The notes under the pieces were generated by a model. The model ran no database searches. It had not been told where the DNA came from and was given only the letters and a program-made list of their open reading frames with translations. Shown one piece after another: positions 40,305 through 55,393 of a DNA stretch of 64,000 nt. Location of the stretch: assembly GCF_009914755.1 (NCBI RefSeq), contig NC_060933.1. One strand, given 5' to 3'. The position numbers and the translations under genes were made by a program. Numbering within the stretch: position 1 is the stretch's first letter; each line of letters opens with the position of its first letter. Origin of the DNA: the human T2T-CHM13v2.0 reference genome, Homo sapiens.

Positions 40305-43300
40305 GCATTCCGTTCCGTTCCATTCCATTCCATTCCATTCCATTCCATTCCGTTCCGTTCCTTTCCATTCCTTTCCATTCTATTCGGGTTAATTCCATTC
40401 CATTCGATTCGATTGCAATCGAGTTGATTCCGTTCCATTCCATTCCATTCCATTCCATTCCATTCCATTCCATTCCTTTCCATTCCATTATGGATGATTC
40501 CATTCCATTGCATTCCATTCCATTCCATTCCCCTGTACTCGGGTTGATTTCATTCCATTCCATTCCAATCCATGCCATTCCACTCGTGTTGATTCCATTC
40601 TTTCCATTCCATTCAAGTTGAATCCATTCCATTGCATTCCATTCCATTCGATTCCATTCGATTGCACTCGGGTTGATTCCATTCCATTGCATTCCATTCA
40701 AATCCATTCCATTCCATTCCATTCCATTCCATTCCGTTCCATTCCATTCCATTACATTCGGATTGATTCTATTCAATTCCCTTACACTCCATTACATTCC
40801 ATTCCATTCGGGTAGTTTCCATTCCATTCCATTCCATTCCTCTCCATTCCATTGCACTCGGGTTGATTCCATTCCATTGCATTCCATTCCATTCCATTCA
40901 ATTCCATTCCGTTCCATTCCATTCCATTACATTCGGATTGATTCTATTCAACTCCCTTACACTCCATTACATTCCATTCCATTCGGGTTGTTCCATTCCA
41001 TTCCATTCCATTCCACTCCATTCCGGAAGATTCCATTCCATTGCATTCCATTCCATTCCATTCCCCTGCACTCGCGTTGATTCCATTCCATTCCATTCTA
41101 TTCCATTCCATTCCCTTCCTTTCCGTTCCATTCCATTCTATTCCATTCCATTCCATTCCATTCCATTCCATTCCTTTCCATTCCATTCCATTCCATTCCA
41201 TTCTATTCGGGTTAATTCCATTCCATTCCATTCGATTGCAATCGAGTTGATTCCATTCCATTCCTTTCCATTCCATTCCATTCCATTCCTTTCCATTCCA
41301 TTACGGATGAATCCATTCCATTGCATTCCATTCCATTCCATTCCCCTGTTCTCGGGTTGATTCCATTCCATTCCATTCCAATCCATGCCATTCCACTCGT
41401 GTTGATTCCATTCTTTCCATTCCATTCAAGTTGAATCCATTCCATTGCATTCCATTCCATTCGATTCCATTCGATTGCACTCGGGTTGATTCCATTACAT
41501 TGCATTCCATTCCATTCCATTCCATTCCATTCCATTCCGTTCCATTCCATTTCATTACATTCAGATTAATTCTATTCAATTCCCTTACACTCCATTATAT
41601 TCCAATCCTTTCTGGTTGTCTCCATTCCATTCCATTCCATTTCACTCCATTCCATTGCACTCTGGTTGTTTCCATTCCATTCCATTCCATTGCATTCCAT
41701 TCCATTCCATTCCGGATGATTCCATTCCATTGCATTCCATTCCATTCCATTCCCCTGCACTCGGGTTGATTCCATTCCACTCCATTACATTACATTCCGT
41801 TCCATTCCATTCCATTCCATTCGGATTGATTCTATTCAATTCCCTTACACTCCATTACATTCCATTCCATTCGGGTAGTTTCCATTCCATTCCATTCCAT
41901 TCCTCTCCATTCCATTGCACTCGGGTTGATTCCATTCCATTCCATTACATTACATTCCATTCCATTCCGTTCCATTTTACTCGGGTTGATTCCATTCCAT
42001 TGCATTCCATTCCATTCCATTCCATTCCATTCCGTTCCATTCCATTACATTCGGATTGATTCTATTCAACTCCATTACTCTCCATTACATTCCATTCCAT
42101 TCGGGTTGTTCCATTCCATTCCATTCCATTCCACTCCATTCCATTGCGCTCGGGTTGATTCCATTCCATTCCATTCCATTCCATTCCATTCCATTCCATT
42201 CCATTCCGGATGATTCCATTCCATTGCATTCCGTTCCATTACATTCCCCTGCACTCGGGTTGATTCCATTCCATTCCATTCCATTCCATTCCATTCCATT
42301 CCAATTCTTTCCATTCCATTCTATTCCGTACCATTCCATTCCATTCCATACAATTCCATTCCATTCCATTCAACTCCGTTCCGTTCCGTTCCGTTCTGTT
42401 CCGTTCCATTCCATTCCATTCCATTCTATTCCGTTTAATTCCATTCCATTCCATTCCATTCCATTCCATTCCATTCTATTCCATTCCATTGCAATCGAGT
42501 TGAATCCATTGCATTCCATTGCATTCCATTCCATTCCATTCCTTTCCATTCCATTCCATTCCATTCCATTCCATTGTACTCGGGTTGATTCCATTCCATT
42601 GCATTCCATTCCATTCCATTCCATTCTATTCCATTCCATTCCGTTCCATACCATTCCATTACTTTCGGATTGATTCTATTCAATTCCCTTACACTCCATT
42701 ACATTCCATTGCATTCCATTCCATTCCATTCCATTTCGTTCCATTCCATTCCATTCCATTTCATTCCATTCCATTCCATTCCACTCGTGTTGATTTCATT
42801 CTTTTCCATTCCATTCGGTTTGAAGGCATTCCATTCCATTCCATTCCATTCCATTCCATTCCATTCCATTCCATTGTACTCGGGTTGATTCCATTCCATT
42901 CCATTCCATTCCATTCCATTCCATTCCATTCCATTCCGTTGCGTTCCATTCCATTACATTCGGATTGATTCTATTCAACTCCCTTACTCTCCATTACATT
43001 CCATTCCATTCGGGTTGTTCCATTCCATTCCATTCCATTCCACTCCATTCCATTGCACTCGGGCTGATTCCATTCCATTCCATTCCATTCCATTCCATTC
43101 CGGATGATTCCATTCTATTGCATTCCGTTCCATTTCATTCCCCTGCACTCGCGTTGATTCCATTCCATACCATTCCATTCCATTCAATTCCATTCCATTA
43201 CAATTCGTTCCATTCCATTCTATTCCGTACCATTCCATTCCATTCCATACCATTCCATTCCATTCCATTCCATTCCACTCCGTTCCATTCCGTTCCATTC

Positions 43301-46300
43301 CATTCCATTCCATTCTATTCGGGTTAATTCCATTCCATTCCATTCCATTCCATTCCATTCCATTCTATTCCATTCCCCTGCACTCGAGTTGATTCATTTC
43401 CTTTCCATTCCATACCATTCCATTCCATTCCATTCCATTCCATTCCGTTCCATTCCGTTCCATTCCGTTCCATTCCATTCCATTCCATTCTATTCGGGTT
43501 AATTCCATTCCATTCCATTCCATTCCATTCCATTCCATTCCATTCTATTCCATTCCATTGCAATCGAGTTGAATCCATTGCATTTCATTCCATTCCATTC
43601 CATTCCATTCCATTCCGGAAGATTCCATTCCATTGCATTCCATTCCATTCCATTCCCCTGCACTCGAGTTGATTCATTTCCATTCCATTCCATTCCATTC
43701 CATTCCATTCCATTCTGTTCCGTTCCGTTCCATTCCATTCCATTCCATTCCATTCCGTTCCGTTCCATTCCATTCCATTCCATTCTATTCGGGTTAATTC
43801 CATTCCATTCCATTCGATTGCAATCGAGTTGATTCCATTCCATTCCATTCCTTTCCATTCCATTCCATTCCATTCCTTTCCATTCCATTACGGATGATTC
43901 CATTCCATTGCATTCCATTCCATTCCATTCCCCTGTACTCGGGTTGATTCCATTCCATTCCATTCCAATCCATGCCATTCCACTCGTGTTGATTCCATTC
44001 TTTCCATTCCATTCATGTTGAATCCATTCCATTGCATTACATTCCATTCTATTCCATTCGATTGCACTCGGGTTGATTCCATTCCATTGCATTCCATTCC
44101 ATTCCATTCCATTCCGTTCCATTCCATTTCATTACATTCAGATTGATTCTATTCAATTCCCTTACACTCCATTATATTCCAATCCATTCTGGTTGTTTCC
44201 ATTCCATTCCATTCCATTTCACTCCATTCCATTGCACTCGGGTTGATTCCATTCCATTCCATTCCATTGCATTCCATTCCATTCCATTCCGGATGATTCC
44301 ATTCCATTGCATTCCTTTCCATTCCATTCCCCTGCACTCGGGTTGATTCCATTCCATTCCATTCAATTACATTCCTTTCCATTCCATTCCATTCCATTCG
44401 GATTGATTCTATTCAATTCCCTTACACTCCATTACATTCCATTCCATTCGGGTACTTTCCATTCCATTCCATTCCATTCCTCTACATTCCATTGCACTCG
44501 GGTTGATTCCATTCCATTCCATTCCATTCCATTCCATTCCATTCCATTACATTCCATTCCATTCCGTTCCATTGTACTCGGGTTGATTCCATTCCATTGC
44601 ATTCCATTCCATTCCATTCCATTCCATTCCATTCCTTTCTATTCCAGTCCTTTCGATTCCATTCCACTCGGGTTGATTCCATTCTATTAGTTTCCATTCC
44701 ATTCCATTCCCTTCCATTCTACTCTGCTTGATTCCATTCCTTTCCGTTCCACTCGAATACATTCCCTCCTATTCCACTTGGAACGATTCCATTCCATTCC
44801 ATTCCATTCCATTCCATTCCATTCCATTCCATTCCATTTCGTTCCATTCCATTCTATTCCGTATCATTCCATTCCATTCCATGCCATTCCATTCCATTCC
44901 ATTCCATTCCATTCCACTCGTGTTGATTCCATTCCTTTCCATTCCATTCGGTTTGAAGGTATTCCAATCCATTCCATTCCATTCCATTCCATTCCATTCC
45001 ATTCCATTGTACTCGGGTTGATTCCATTCCATTGCATTCCATTCCATTCCATTCCATTCCATTCCATTCCATTCCATTCCATTCCGTTGCATTCCATTCC
45101 ATTACATTCGGATTGATTCTATTCAACTCCCTTACTCTCCATTTCATTCCATTCCATTCGGGTTGTTCCATTCCATTCCATTCCATTCCACTCCATTCCA
45201 TTGCACTGGGGTTGATTCCATTCCATTCCATTCCATTCCATTCCATTCCATTCCATTCCGGATGATTCCATTCCATTGCATTCCGTTCCATTACATTCCC
45301 ATGCACTCGCGTTGATTCCATTCCATTCCATTCCATTCCATTCAATTCCATTCCATTACAATTCTTTCCATTCCATTCTATTCCGTACCATTCCATTCCA
45401 TTCCATTCCATTCCATTCCATTCCATTCCGTTCCATTCAGTTCCATTCCATTCCATTCCATTCTATTCGTATTAATTCCATTCCATTCCATTCCATTCCA
45501 TTCTATTCCATTCCATTGCAATCGAGTTGAATCCATTGCATTTCATTCCATTGCATTCCATTGCATTCCATTCCGGAAGATTCCATTCAATTGCATTCCA
45601 TTCCATTCCATTCCCCTGCACTCGCGTTGATTCCATTCCATTCCATTCCATTCCATTCCATTCCGTTCCGTTCCATTCCATTCCATTCCATTCCATTCCG
45701 TTCCATTCCATTCCATTGCATTCTATTCGGGTTAATTCCATTCCATTCCATTCGATTGCAATCGAGTTGATTCCATTCCATTCCATTCCGTTCCGTTCCA
45801 TTCCATTCCATTCCATTCCATTCCGTTCCATTCCATTCCATTCCATTCTATTCGGGTTAATTCCATTCCATTCCATTCGATTGCAATCGAGTTGATTCCA
45901 TTCCATTCCATTCCATTCCATTCCATTCCATTCCATTCCTTTCCATTCCATTACGGATGATTCCATTCCATAGCATTCCATTCCATTCCATTCCCCTGTA
46001 GTCGGGTTGATTCCGTTCCATTCCATTCCAATCCATGCCATTCCACTCGTGTTGATTCCATTCTTTCCATTCCATTCAAGTTGAATCCATTCCATTGCAT
46101 TCCATTCCATTCGATTCCATTCGATTTCACTCGGGATGATTCCATTCCATTCCATTCCATTCCATTCCATTCCATTCCATTCCGTTCCATTCCATTCCAT
46201 TATATTCGGATTGATTCTATTCAATTCCCTTACACTCCATTCCATTCCATTCCATTCCATTCCATTCCATTTCGTTCCATTCCATTCTATTCCGTATCAT

Positions 46301-48864
46301 TCCATTCCATTCCATTCCATTCCATTCCATTCCATTCCATTCCATTCCACTCGTGTTGATTTCATTCCTTTCCATTCCATTCTGTTTGAAGGCATTCCAT
46401 TCCATTCCATTCCTTTCCATTCCATTCCATTCCACTCTGGTTGATTCCATTCCTTTCCATTCCACTCGAATACATTCCCTCGTATTCCACTCGGAACGAT
46501 TCCATTCCATTCCATTCCATTCCATTCCATTCCATTGTACTCGGGTTGATTCAATTCCATTGCATTCCATTCCATTCCATTCCATTCCATTCCATTCCGT
46601 TGCATTCCATTCCATTACATTCGGATTGATTCTATTCAACTCCCTTACTCTCCATTACATTCCACTCCATTCGGGTTGTTCCATTCCATTCCATTCCACT
46701 CTATTCCATTGCACTCGGGTTGATTCCATTCCATTCCATTCCATTCCATTCCATTCCGGATGATTCCATTCCATTGCATTCCGTTCCATTACATTCCCCT
46801 GCACTCGCGTTGATTCCATTCCATTCCATTCCATTCCATTCCATTCCGTTCCATTCCGTTCCATTCCATTCCATTCCATTCTATTCGGATTAATTCCATT
46901 CCATTCCATTCCATTCCATTCTATTCCATTCCATTGCAATCGAGTTGAATCCATTGCATTTCATTCCATTCCATTCCATTCCATTCCATTCCATTCCGGA
47001 AATTCCATTCCATTCCATTCCATTCCATTCCATTCCCCTGCACTCGCGTTGATTCCATTCCATTCCATTCCATTCCATTCTATTCCGTTCCGTTCCATTC
47101 CATTCCATTCCATTCCATTCCATTCCATTCCATTCCGTTCCGTTCCATTCCATTCCATTCCATTCTATTCGGGTTAATTCCATTCCATTCCATTCGATTG
47201 CAATCGAGTTGATTCCATTCCATTCCATTCGATTCCATTCCATTCCATTCCATTCCATTCCTTTCCATTCCATTACGGATGATTCCATTCCATTGCATTC
47301 CATTCCATTCCATTCCCCTGTACTCGGGTTGATTCCATTCCATTCCATTCCAATCCATGCCACTCCACTCGTGTTGACTCCATTCTTTCCATTCCATTCA
47401 TGTTGAATCCATTCCATTGCATTCCATTCCATTCGATTCCATTCGATTGCACTCGGGTTGATTCCATTCCATTGCATTCCATTCCATTCCATTCCATTCC
47501 ATTCCATTCCGTTCCGTTCCATTCCATTCCATTACATTCGGATTGATTATATTCAATTCCCTTACACTCCATTACATTCCATTCCATTCGGGTAGTTTCC
47601 ATTCCATTCCATTGCATTCCTCTCCATTCCATTGCACTCGGGTTGATTCCATTCCATTGCATTCCATTCCATTCCATTCAATTCCATTCCGTTCCATTCC
47701 ATTCCATTACATTCGGATTGATTCTATTCAACTCCCTTACTCTCCATTATATTCCATTCCATTCGGGTTGTTCCATTCCATTCCATTCCATTCCACTCCA
47801 TTCCATTGCACTCGGGTTGACTCCATGCCATTCCATTCCATTCCATTCCATTCCATTCCATTCCATTCCGGAAGATTCCATTCCATTGCATTCCCTTCCA
47901 TTCCATTCCCCTGCACTCGCGTTGATTCCATTCTATTCCATTCTATTCCATTCCATTGCATTCCTTTCCGTTCCTTTCCATTCCATTCCACTCCATTCCG
48001 TTCCGTTCCATTCCATTCCATTCCATTCTATTCGGGTTAATTCCATTCCATTCCATTCGATTGCAATCGAGTTGATTCCATTCCATTCCATTCCATTCCA
48101 TTCCATTCCTTTCCATTCCATTGCATTCCGTTCCATAGTACTCAGGTTGATTCCATTCCATTGCATTCCATTCCATTCCATTCCATTCCATTCCATTCCA
48201 TTCCGTTCCATTCCATTACATTCGGATTGATTCTATTCAACTCCCTTTCTCTCCATTACATTCCATTCCATTCGGGTTGTTCCATTCCATTCCATTCCAT
48301 TCCACTCCATTCCATTGCGCTCGGGTTAATTCCATTCCATTCCATATCATTCCATTCCATTCCATTCCATTCCATTCCGGATGATTCCATTCCATTGCAT
48401 TCCGTTCCATTACATTCCCCTGCACTCGGGTTGATTCCATTCCATTCCATTCCATTCCATTCGATTCCATTCCATTCCAATTCTTTCCATTCCATAATAT
48501 TCCGTACCATTCCATTCCATTCCATACAATTCCATTCCATTCCATTCCACTCCGTTCCGTTCCGTTCCGTTCTGTTCCGTTCCATTCCATTCCATTCCAT
48601 TCTATTCGGTTTAATTCTATCCCATTCCATTCCATTCCATTCCATTCTTTTCCATTCCATTGCAATCGACTTGAATCCATTCCATTCCATTCCATTCCAT
48701 TCCAATCCATTCCATTCCATTCCATTCCGGAAAATTCCATTCCATTGCATTCCATTCCATTCCTTTCCATTCCATTCCATTCCATTCCATTCCATTGTAT
48801 TCGGGTTGATTCCATTCCATTTCATTCCATTCCATTCCACTCCATTCCATTCCATTCCATTCCA

Positions 48865-50200
48865 TTCCGTTCCATTCCATTCCATTACTTTCGGATTGAT
48901 TCTTTTCAACTCCCTTACTCTCCATTACATTCCATTCCATTCGGGTTGTTCCATTCCATTCCATTCCATTCCACTCCATTCCATTGCACACGGGTTGATT
49001 CCATTCCATTCCATTCCATTCCATTCCATTCCATTCCATTCCATTCCGGAAGATTCCATTCCATTGCATTCCATTCCATTCCATTCCCCTGCACTCGCGT
49101 TGATTCCATTCCATTCCATTCTATTCCATTCCATTCCCTTCCTTTCCGTTCCATTCCATTCCATTCCATTCCATTCCGTTCCGTTCCATTCCATTCCATT
49201 CCATTCTATTCGGGTTAATTCCATTCCATTCCATTCGATTGCAATCGAGTTGATTCCATTCCATTCCATTCCATTCCATTCCATTCCATTCCATTCCTTT
49301 CCATTCCATTACGGATGATTCCATTCCATTGCATTCCATTCCATTCCATTCCCCTGTACTCGGGGTGATTCCATTCCATTCCATTCCAATCCATGCCATT
49401 CCACTGGTGTTGATTCCATTCTTTCCATTTCATTCAAGTTGAATCCATTCCATTGCATTCCATTCCATTCGATTCCATTCGATTGCACTCGGGTTGATTC
49501 CATTCCATTGCATTCCATTCCATTCCATTCCATTCCATTCCGTTCCATTCCATTCCATTACTTTCGGATTGATTCTTTTCAACTCCCTTACTCTCCATTA
49601 CATTCCATTCCATTCGGGTTGTTCCATTCCATTCCATTCCATTCCACTCCATTCCATTGCACACGGGTTGATTCCATTCCATACCATTCCATTCCATTCC
49701 ATTCCATTCCGGAAGATTCCATTCCATTGCATTCCATTCCATTCCATTCCCCTGCACTCGCGTTGATTCCATTCCATTCCATTCTATTCCATTCCATTCC
49801 CTTCCTTTCCGTTCCATTCCATTCCATTCCATTCCATTCCGTTCCGTTCCATTCCATTCCATTCCATTCTATTCGGGTTAATTCCATTCCATTCCATTCG
49901 ATTGCAATCGAGTTGATTCCATTCCATTCCATTCCATTCCATTCCATTCCATTCCATTCCATTCCTTTCCATTCCATTACGGATGATTCCATTCCATTGC
50001 ATTCCATTCCATTCCATTCCCCTGTACTCGGGGTGATTCCATTCCATTCCATTCCAATCCATGCCATTCCACTGGTGTTGATTCCATTCTTTCCATTTCA
50101 TTCAAGTTGAATCCATTCCATTGCATTCCATTCCATTCGATTCCATTCGATTGCACTCGGGTTGATTCCATTCCATTGCATTCCATTCCATTCCATTCCA
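48865..50200 (+). repeat. Recent ~670-bp tandem duplication
   Basis: Shared rare variants: actttcggattgattcttttc 48887/49560, gcacacggg 48986/49659, cggggtgatt 49361/50029, ccactggtg 49401/50069; offsets 673, 663, 668. Confidence 0.92.
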
Positions 50201-53200
50201 TTGCATTCCGTTCCATTCCATTTCATTACATTCAGATTGATTCTATTCAATTCCCTTACACTCCATTATATTCCAATCCATTCTGGTTGTCTCCATTCCA
50301 TTCCATTCCATTTCACTCCATTCCATTGCACTCAGGTTGATTCCATTCCACTCCATTCCATTGCATTCCATTCCATTCCATTCCATTCCATTCCATTCCA
50401 TTCCATTCCATTCCATTCCATTCTGTTCCGTTCCATTCCATTCCATTCCATTCTATTCGGGTTAATTCCATTCCATTCCATTCGATTGCAATCGAGTTGA
50501 TTCCTTTCCATTCCATTCCATTCCATTCCATTCCATTCCATTCCATTCCTTTCCATTCCTTTCCATTCCATTACTGATGATTCCATTCCATTGCATTCCA
50601 TTCCATTCCATTCCCCTGTACTCGGGTTGATTCCATTCCATTCCATTCCATTCCAATCCATGCCATTCCACTCGTGTTGATTCCATTCTTTCCTTTCCAT
50701 TCAAGTTGAATCCATTCCATTGCATTCCATTCCATTCGATTCCATTCGATTGCACTCGGGTTGATTCCATTCCATTGCATTCCATTCCATTCCATTCCAT
50801 TCCATTCCGTTCCATTCCTTTTCATTACATTCAGATTGATTCTATTCAATTCCCTTACACTCCATTATATTCCAATCCATTCTGGTTGTTTCCATTCCAT
50901 TCCATTCCATTTCACTCCATTCCATTGCACTCGGGTTCATTCCATTCCATTCCATTCCATTGCATTCCATTCCATTCCATTCCGGATGATTCCATTCCAT
51001 TGCATTCCATTCCATTCCATTCCCCTGCACTCGTGTTTATTCCATTCCATTCCATTCCATTACATTCCGTTCCATTCCATTCCATTCCATTCGGATTGAT
51101 TCTATTCAATTCCCTTACACTCCATTACATTCCATTCCATTCGGGTAGTTTACATTCCATTCCATTCCATTCCTCTCCATTCCATTGCACTCGGGTTGAT
51201 TCCATTCCATTCCATTCCATTCCATTCCATTCCATTCCATTCCATTACATTACATTCCGGTCCATTGTACTCGGGTTGATTCCATTCCATTGCATTCCAT
51301 TCCATTCCATTCCATTCCATTCCATTCCATTCCATTCCGTTCCATTCCATTACATTCGTATTGATTCTATTCAACTCCCTAACTCTCCATTACATTCCAT
51401 TCCATTCGGGTTGTTCCATTCCATTCCATTCCATTCCGTTCCGTTCCATTCCATTCCATTCCATTCTATTCGGGTTAATTCCATTCCATTCCATTCCATT
51501 CCGGATGATTCCATTCCATTGCATTCCATTCCATTCCATTCCCCTGCACTCGGGTTGATTCCATTCCATTCTACTCCATTCCGTTCCATTCCATTCCATT
51601 CCATTGTATTCGGGTTAATTCCATTCCATTCCATTCCATTGCATTCCATTCCATTCCATTACAATCGAGTTGATTCCATTCCATTCCATTCCATTCCAGT
51701 CCTTTCCATTCAATTCCACTCGGGATGATTCCATTCTATTAGTTTCCATTCCATTCCATTCCCTTCCATTCCACTCTGGTTGATACCATTCCTTTCCATT
51801 CCACTCGAATACATTCCCTCCTATTCCACTCGGAACGATTCCATTCCATTCCATTTCATTCCATTCCATTCCATTTCATTTCGTTCCATTCCATTCTATT
51901 CCGTATCATTCCATTCCATTCCATTCCATTTCATTCCATTCCATTCCATTCCATTCCATTGTACTCGGGTTGATTCCATTCCATTGCATTCCATTCCATT
52001 CCATTCCATTCCATTCCATTCCGTTGCATTCCATTCCATTACATTCGGATTGATTCTATTCAACTCCCTTACTCTCCATTACATTCCATTCCATTCGGGT
52101 TGTTCCATTCCATTCCATTCCATTCCACTCCTTTCCATTGCACTCGGGTTGATTCCATTCCATTCCATTCCATTGCATTCCATTCCATTCCATTCCATTC
52201 CGGATGATTCCATTCCATTGCATTCGGTTCCATTACATTCCACTGCACTCGCGTTGATTCCATTCCATTCCATTCCATTCCATTCAATTCCATTCCATTA
52301 CAATTCCTTCCATTCCATTCTATTCCGTACCATTCCATTCCATTCCATACAATTCCATTCCATTCCATTCCATTCCATTCCGTTCCATTCCGTTCCATTC
52401 CATTCCATTCCATTCTATTCGGATTAATTCCATTCCATTCCATTCCATTCCATTCTATTCCATTCCATTGCAATCGAGTTGAATCCATTGCATTTCATTC
52501 CATTCCATTCCATTCCATTCCATTCCGGAAGATTCCATTCCATTGCATTCCATTCCATTCCATTCCCCTGCACTCGCGTTGATTCCATTCCATTCCATTC
52601 CATTTCATTCCATTCCGTTCCGTTCCATTCCATTCCATTCCATTCCATTCCGTTCCGTTCCATTCCATTCCATTCCATTCTATTCGGGTTAATTCCATTC
52701 CATTCCATTCGATTGCAATCGAGTTGATTCCATTCCATTCCATTCCATTCCATTCCATTCCTTTCCATTCCATTACGGATGATTCCATTCCATTGCATTC
52801 CATACCATTCCATTCGCCTATACTCGGGTTGATTCCATTCCATTCCATTCCAATCCATGCCATTCCACTCGTGTTGATTCCATTCTTTCCATTCCATTCA
52901 AGTTGAATCCATTCCATTGCATTCCATTCCATTCGATTCCATTCGATTGCACTCGGGTTGATTCCATTCCATTGCATTCCATTCCATTCCATTACATTCC
53001 ATTCCATTCCGTTCCATTCCATTTCATTACATTCAGATTGATTGTATTCAATTCCCTTAAACTCCATTATATTCCAATCCATTCTGGTTGTCTCCATTCC
53101 ATTCCATTCCATTTCACTCCATTCCATTGCACTCGGGTTGATTCCATTCCATTGCATTCCATTCCATTCCATTCCGGATGATTCCATTCCATTGCATTCC

Positions 53201-53360
53201 ATTCCATTCCATTCCCCTTCACTCGGGTTGATTCCATTCCATTCCAATACATTACATTCCTTTCCATTCCATTCCATTCCATTCGGATTGATTCTATTCA
53301 ATTCCCTTACACTCCATTCCATTCCATTCCATTCGGGTATTTTCCATTCCATTCCATTCC

Positions 53361-55393
53361 ATTCCGGAAGATTCCATTCCATTGCATTCCATTCCATTCC
53401 ATTCCCCTGCACTCGCGTTGATTCCATTCCATTCCATTCCATTCCATTCCATTCCTTTCCGTTCCATTCCATTCCATTCCATTCCATTCCAATCAATTCC
53501 ATTCCGTTCCGTTCCGTTCCATTCCATTCCATTCCATTCTATTCGGGTTAATTCCATTCCATTCCATTCGATTGCAATCGAGTTGATTCCATTCCATTCC
53601 ATTCCATTCCATTCCATTCCTTTCCATTCCATTACGGATGATTCCATTCCATTGCATTCCATTCCATTCCATTCCCCTGTACTCGGGTTGATTCCATTCC
53701 ATTCCATTCCATTCCATTCTATTCCATTCCATTCCATTCCATTCCGGAAGATTCCATTCCATTGCATTCCATTCCATTCCATTCCCCTGCACTCGCGTTG
53801 ATTCCATTCCATTCCATTCCATTCCATTCCGATCCGTTCCACTGCAATCGAGTTGAATCCATTGCATTCCATTCCATTCCATTCCATTCCATTCCGGAAG
53901 ATTCCATTCCATTGCATTCCATTCCATTCCATTCCCCTGCACTCGCGTTGATTCCATTCCATTCCATTCCATTCCATTCCATTCCATTCTATTCCATTCC
54001 ATTGCAATCGAGTTGAATCCATTGCATTGCATTCCATTCCATTCCATTCCATTCCATTCCGGAAGATTCCATTCCATTCCATTCCATTCCATTCCATTCC
54101 ATTCCATTCCATTCAATTCCATTCCATTCTTTTCCATTCCATTTCATTACATTCAGGTTGATTCTATTCAATTCCCTTACACTCCATTATATTCCAATCC
54201 ATTCTGGTTGTTTCCATTCCATTCCATTCCATTTCACTCCGTTCCATTGCACTCGGGTTGATTCCATTCCATTCCATTCCATTGCATTCCATTCCATTCC
54301 ATTCCGGATGATTCCATTCCATTGCATTCCATTCCATTGCATTCCCCTGCACTCGGGTTGATTCCATTCCATTCCATTCCATTACATTCCGTTCCACTCC
54401 ATTCCATTCCATTCGGATTGATTCTATTCAATTCCCTTACATTCCATTACATTCCATTCCATTCGGGTAGTTTCCATTCCATTCCATTCCATTCCATTCC
54501 TCTCCATTCCATTGCAATCGGGTTGAATCCATTCCATTCCATTCCATTCCATTCCATTCCATTCCATTACATTACATTCCATTCCGTTCCATTGTACTCG
54601 GGTTGATTCCATTCCATTGCATTCCATTCCATTCCATTCCATTCCATTCCATTCCATTCCGTTCCATTCCATTACATTCGAATTGATTAAATTCAACTCC
54701 CTTACTCTCCATTACATTCCATTCCATTCGGGTTGTTCTATTCCATTCCATTCCGTTCCACTCCATTCCATTGCACTCGGCTTGATTCCATTCCATTCCA
54801 TTCCATTCCATTCCATTCCATTCCATTCCGGATGATTCCATTCCACTGCATTCCGTTCCATTACATTCCCCTGCACTCGGGTTGATTCCATTCCATTCCA
54901 TTCCATTCCATTCCATTCCATTCCATTCCAATTTTTTCCATTCCATTCTATTACGTACCATGCCATTCCATTCCATACAATTCCATTCCATTCCATTCCA
55001 CTCCGTTCCGTTCCGTTCCGTTCCGTTCCATTCCATTCCATTCCATTCTATTCGGTTTAATTCCATTCCATTCCATTCCATTCTATTCCATTCCATTGCA
55101 ATCGAGTTGAATCCATTGCATTCCATTCCATTCCATTCCATTCCATTCCATTCCGGAAGATTCCATTCCATTGCATTCCATTCCATTCCATTCCATTCCA
55201 TTCCATTCCGTTCCATTCCATTCCATTACATTCGGATTGATTCTATTCAACTCCCTTACTCTCCATTCGATTCCATTCCATTCGGGTTGTTCCATTCCAT
55301 TCCATTCCATTCCACTCCATTCCATTGCACTCGGGTTGATTCCATTCCATTCCATTCCATTCCATTCCATTCCATTCCATTCCGGAAGATTCC
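53361..55393. promoter_or_regulatory. Densest cluster of perfect HSE motifs (six sites)
   Basis: attccggaagattcc starts at 53361, 53741, 53891, 54056, 55150, 55379. Confidence 0.5.
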
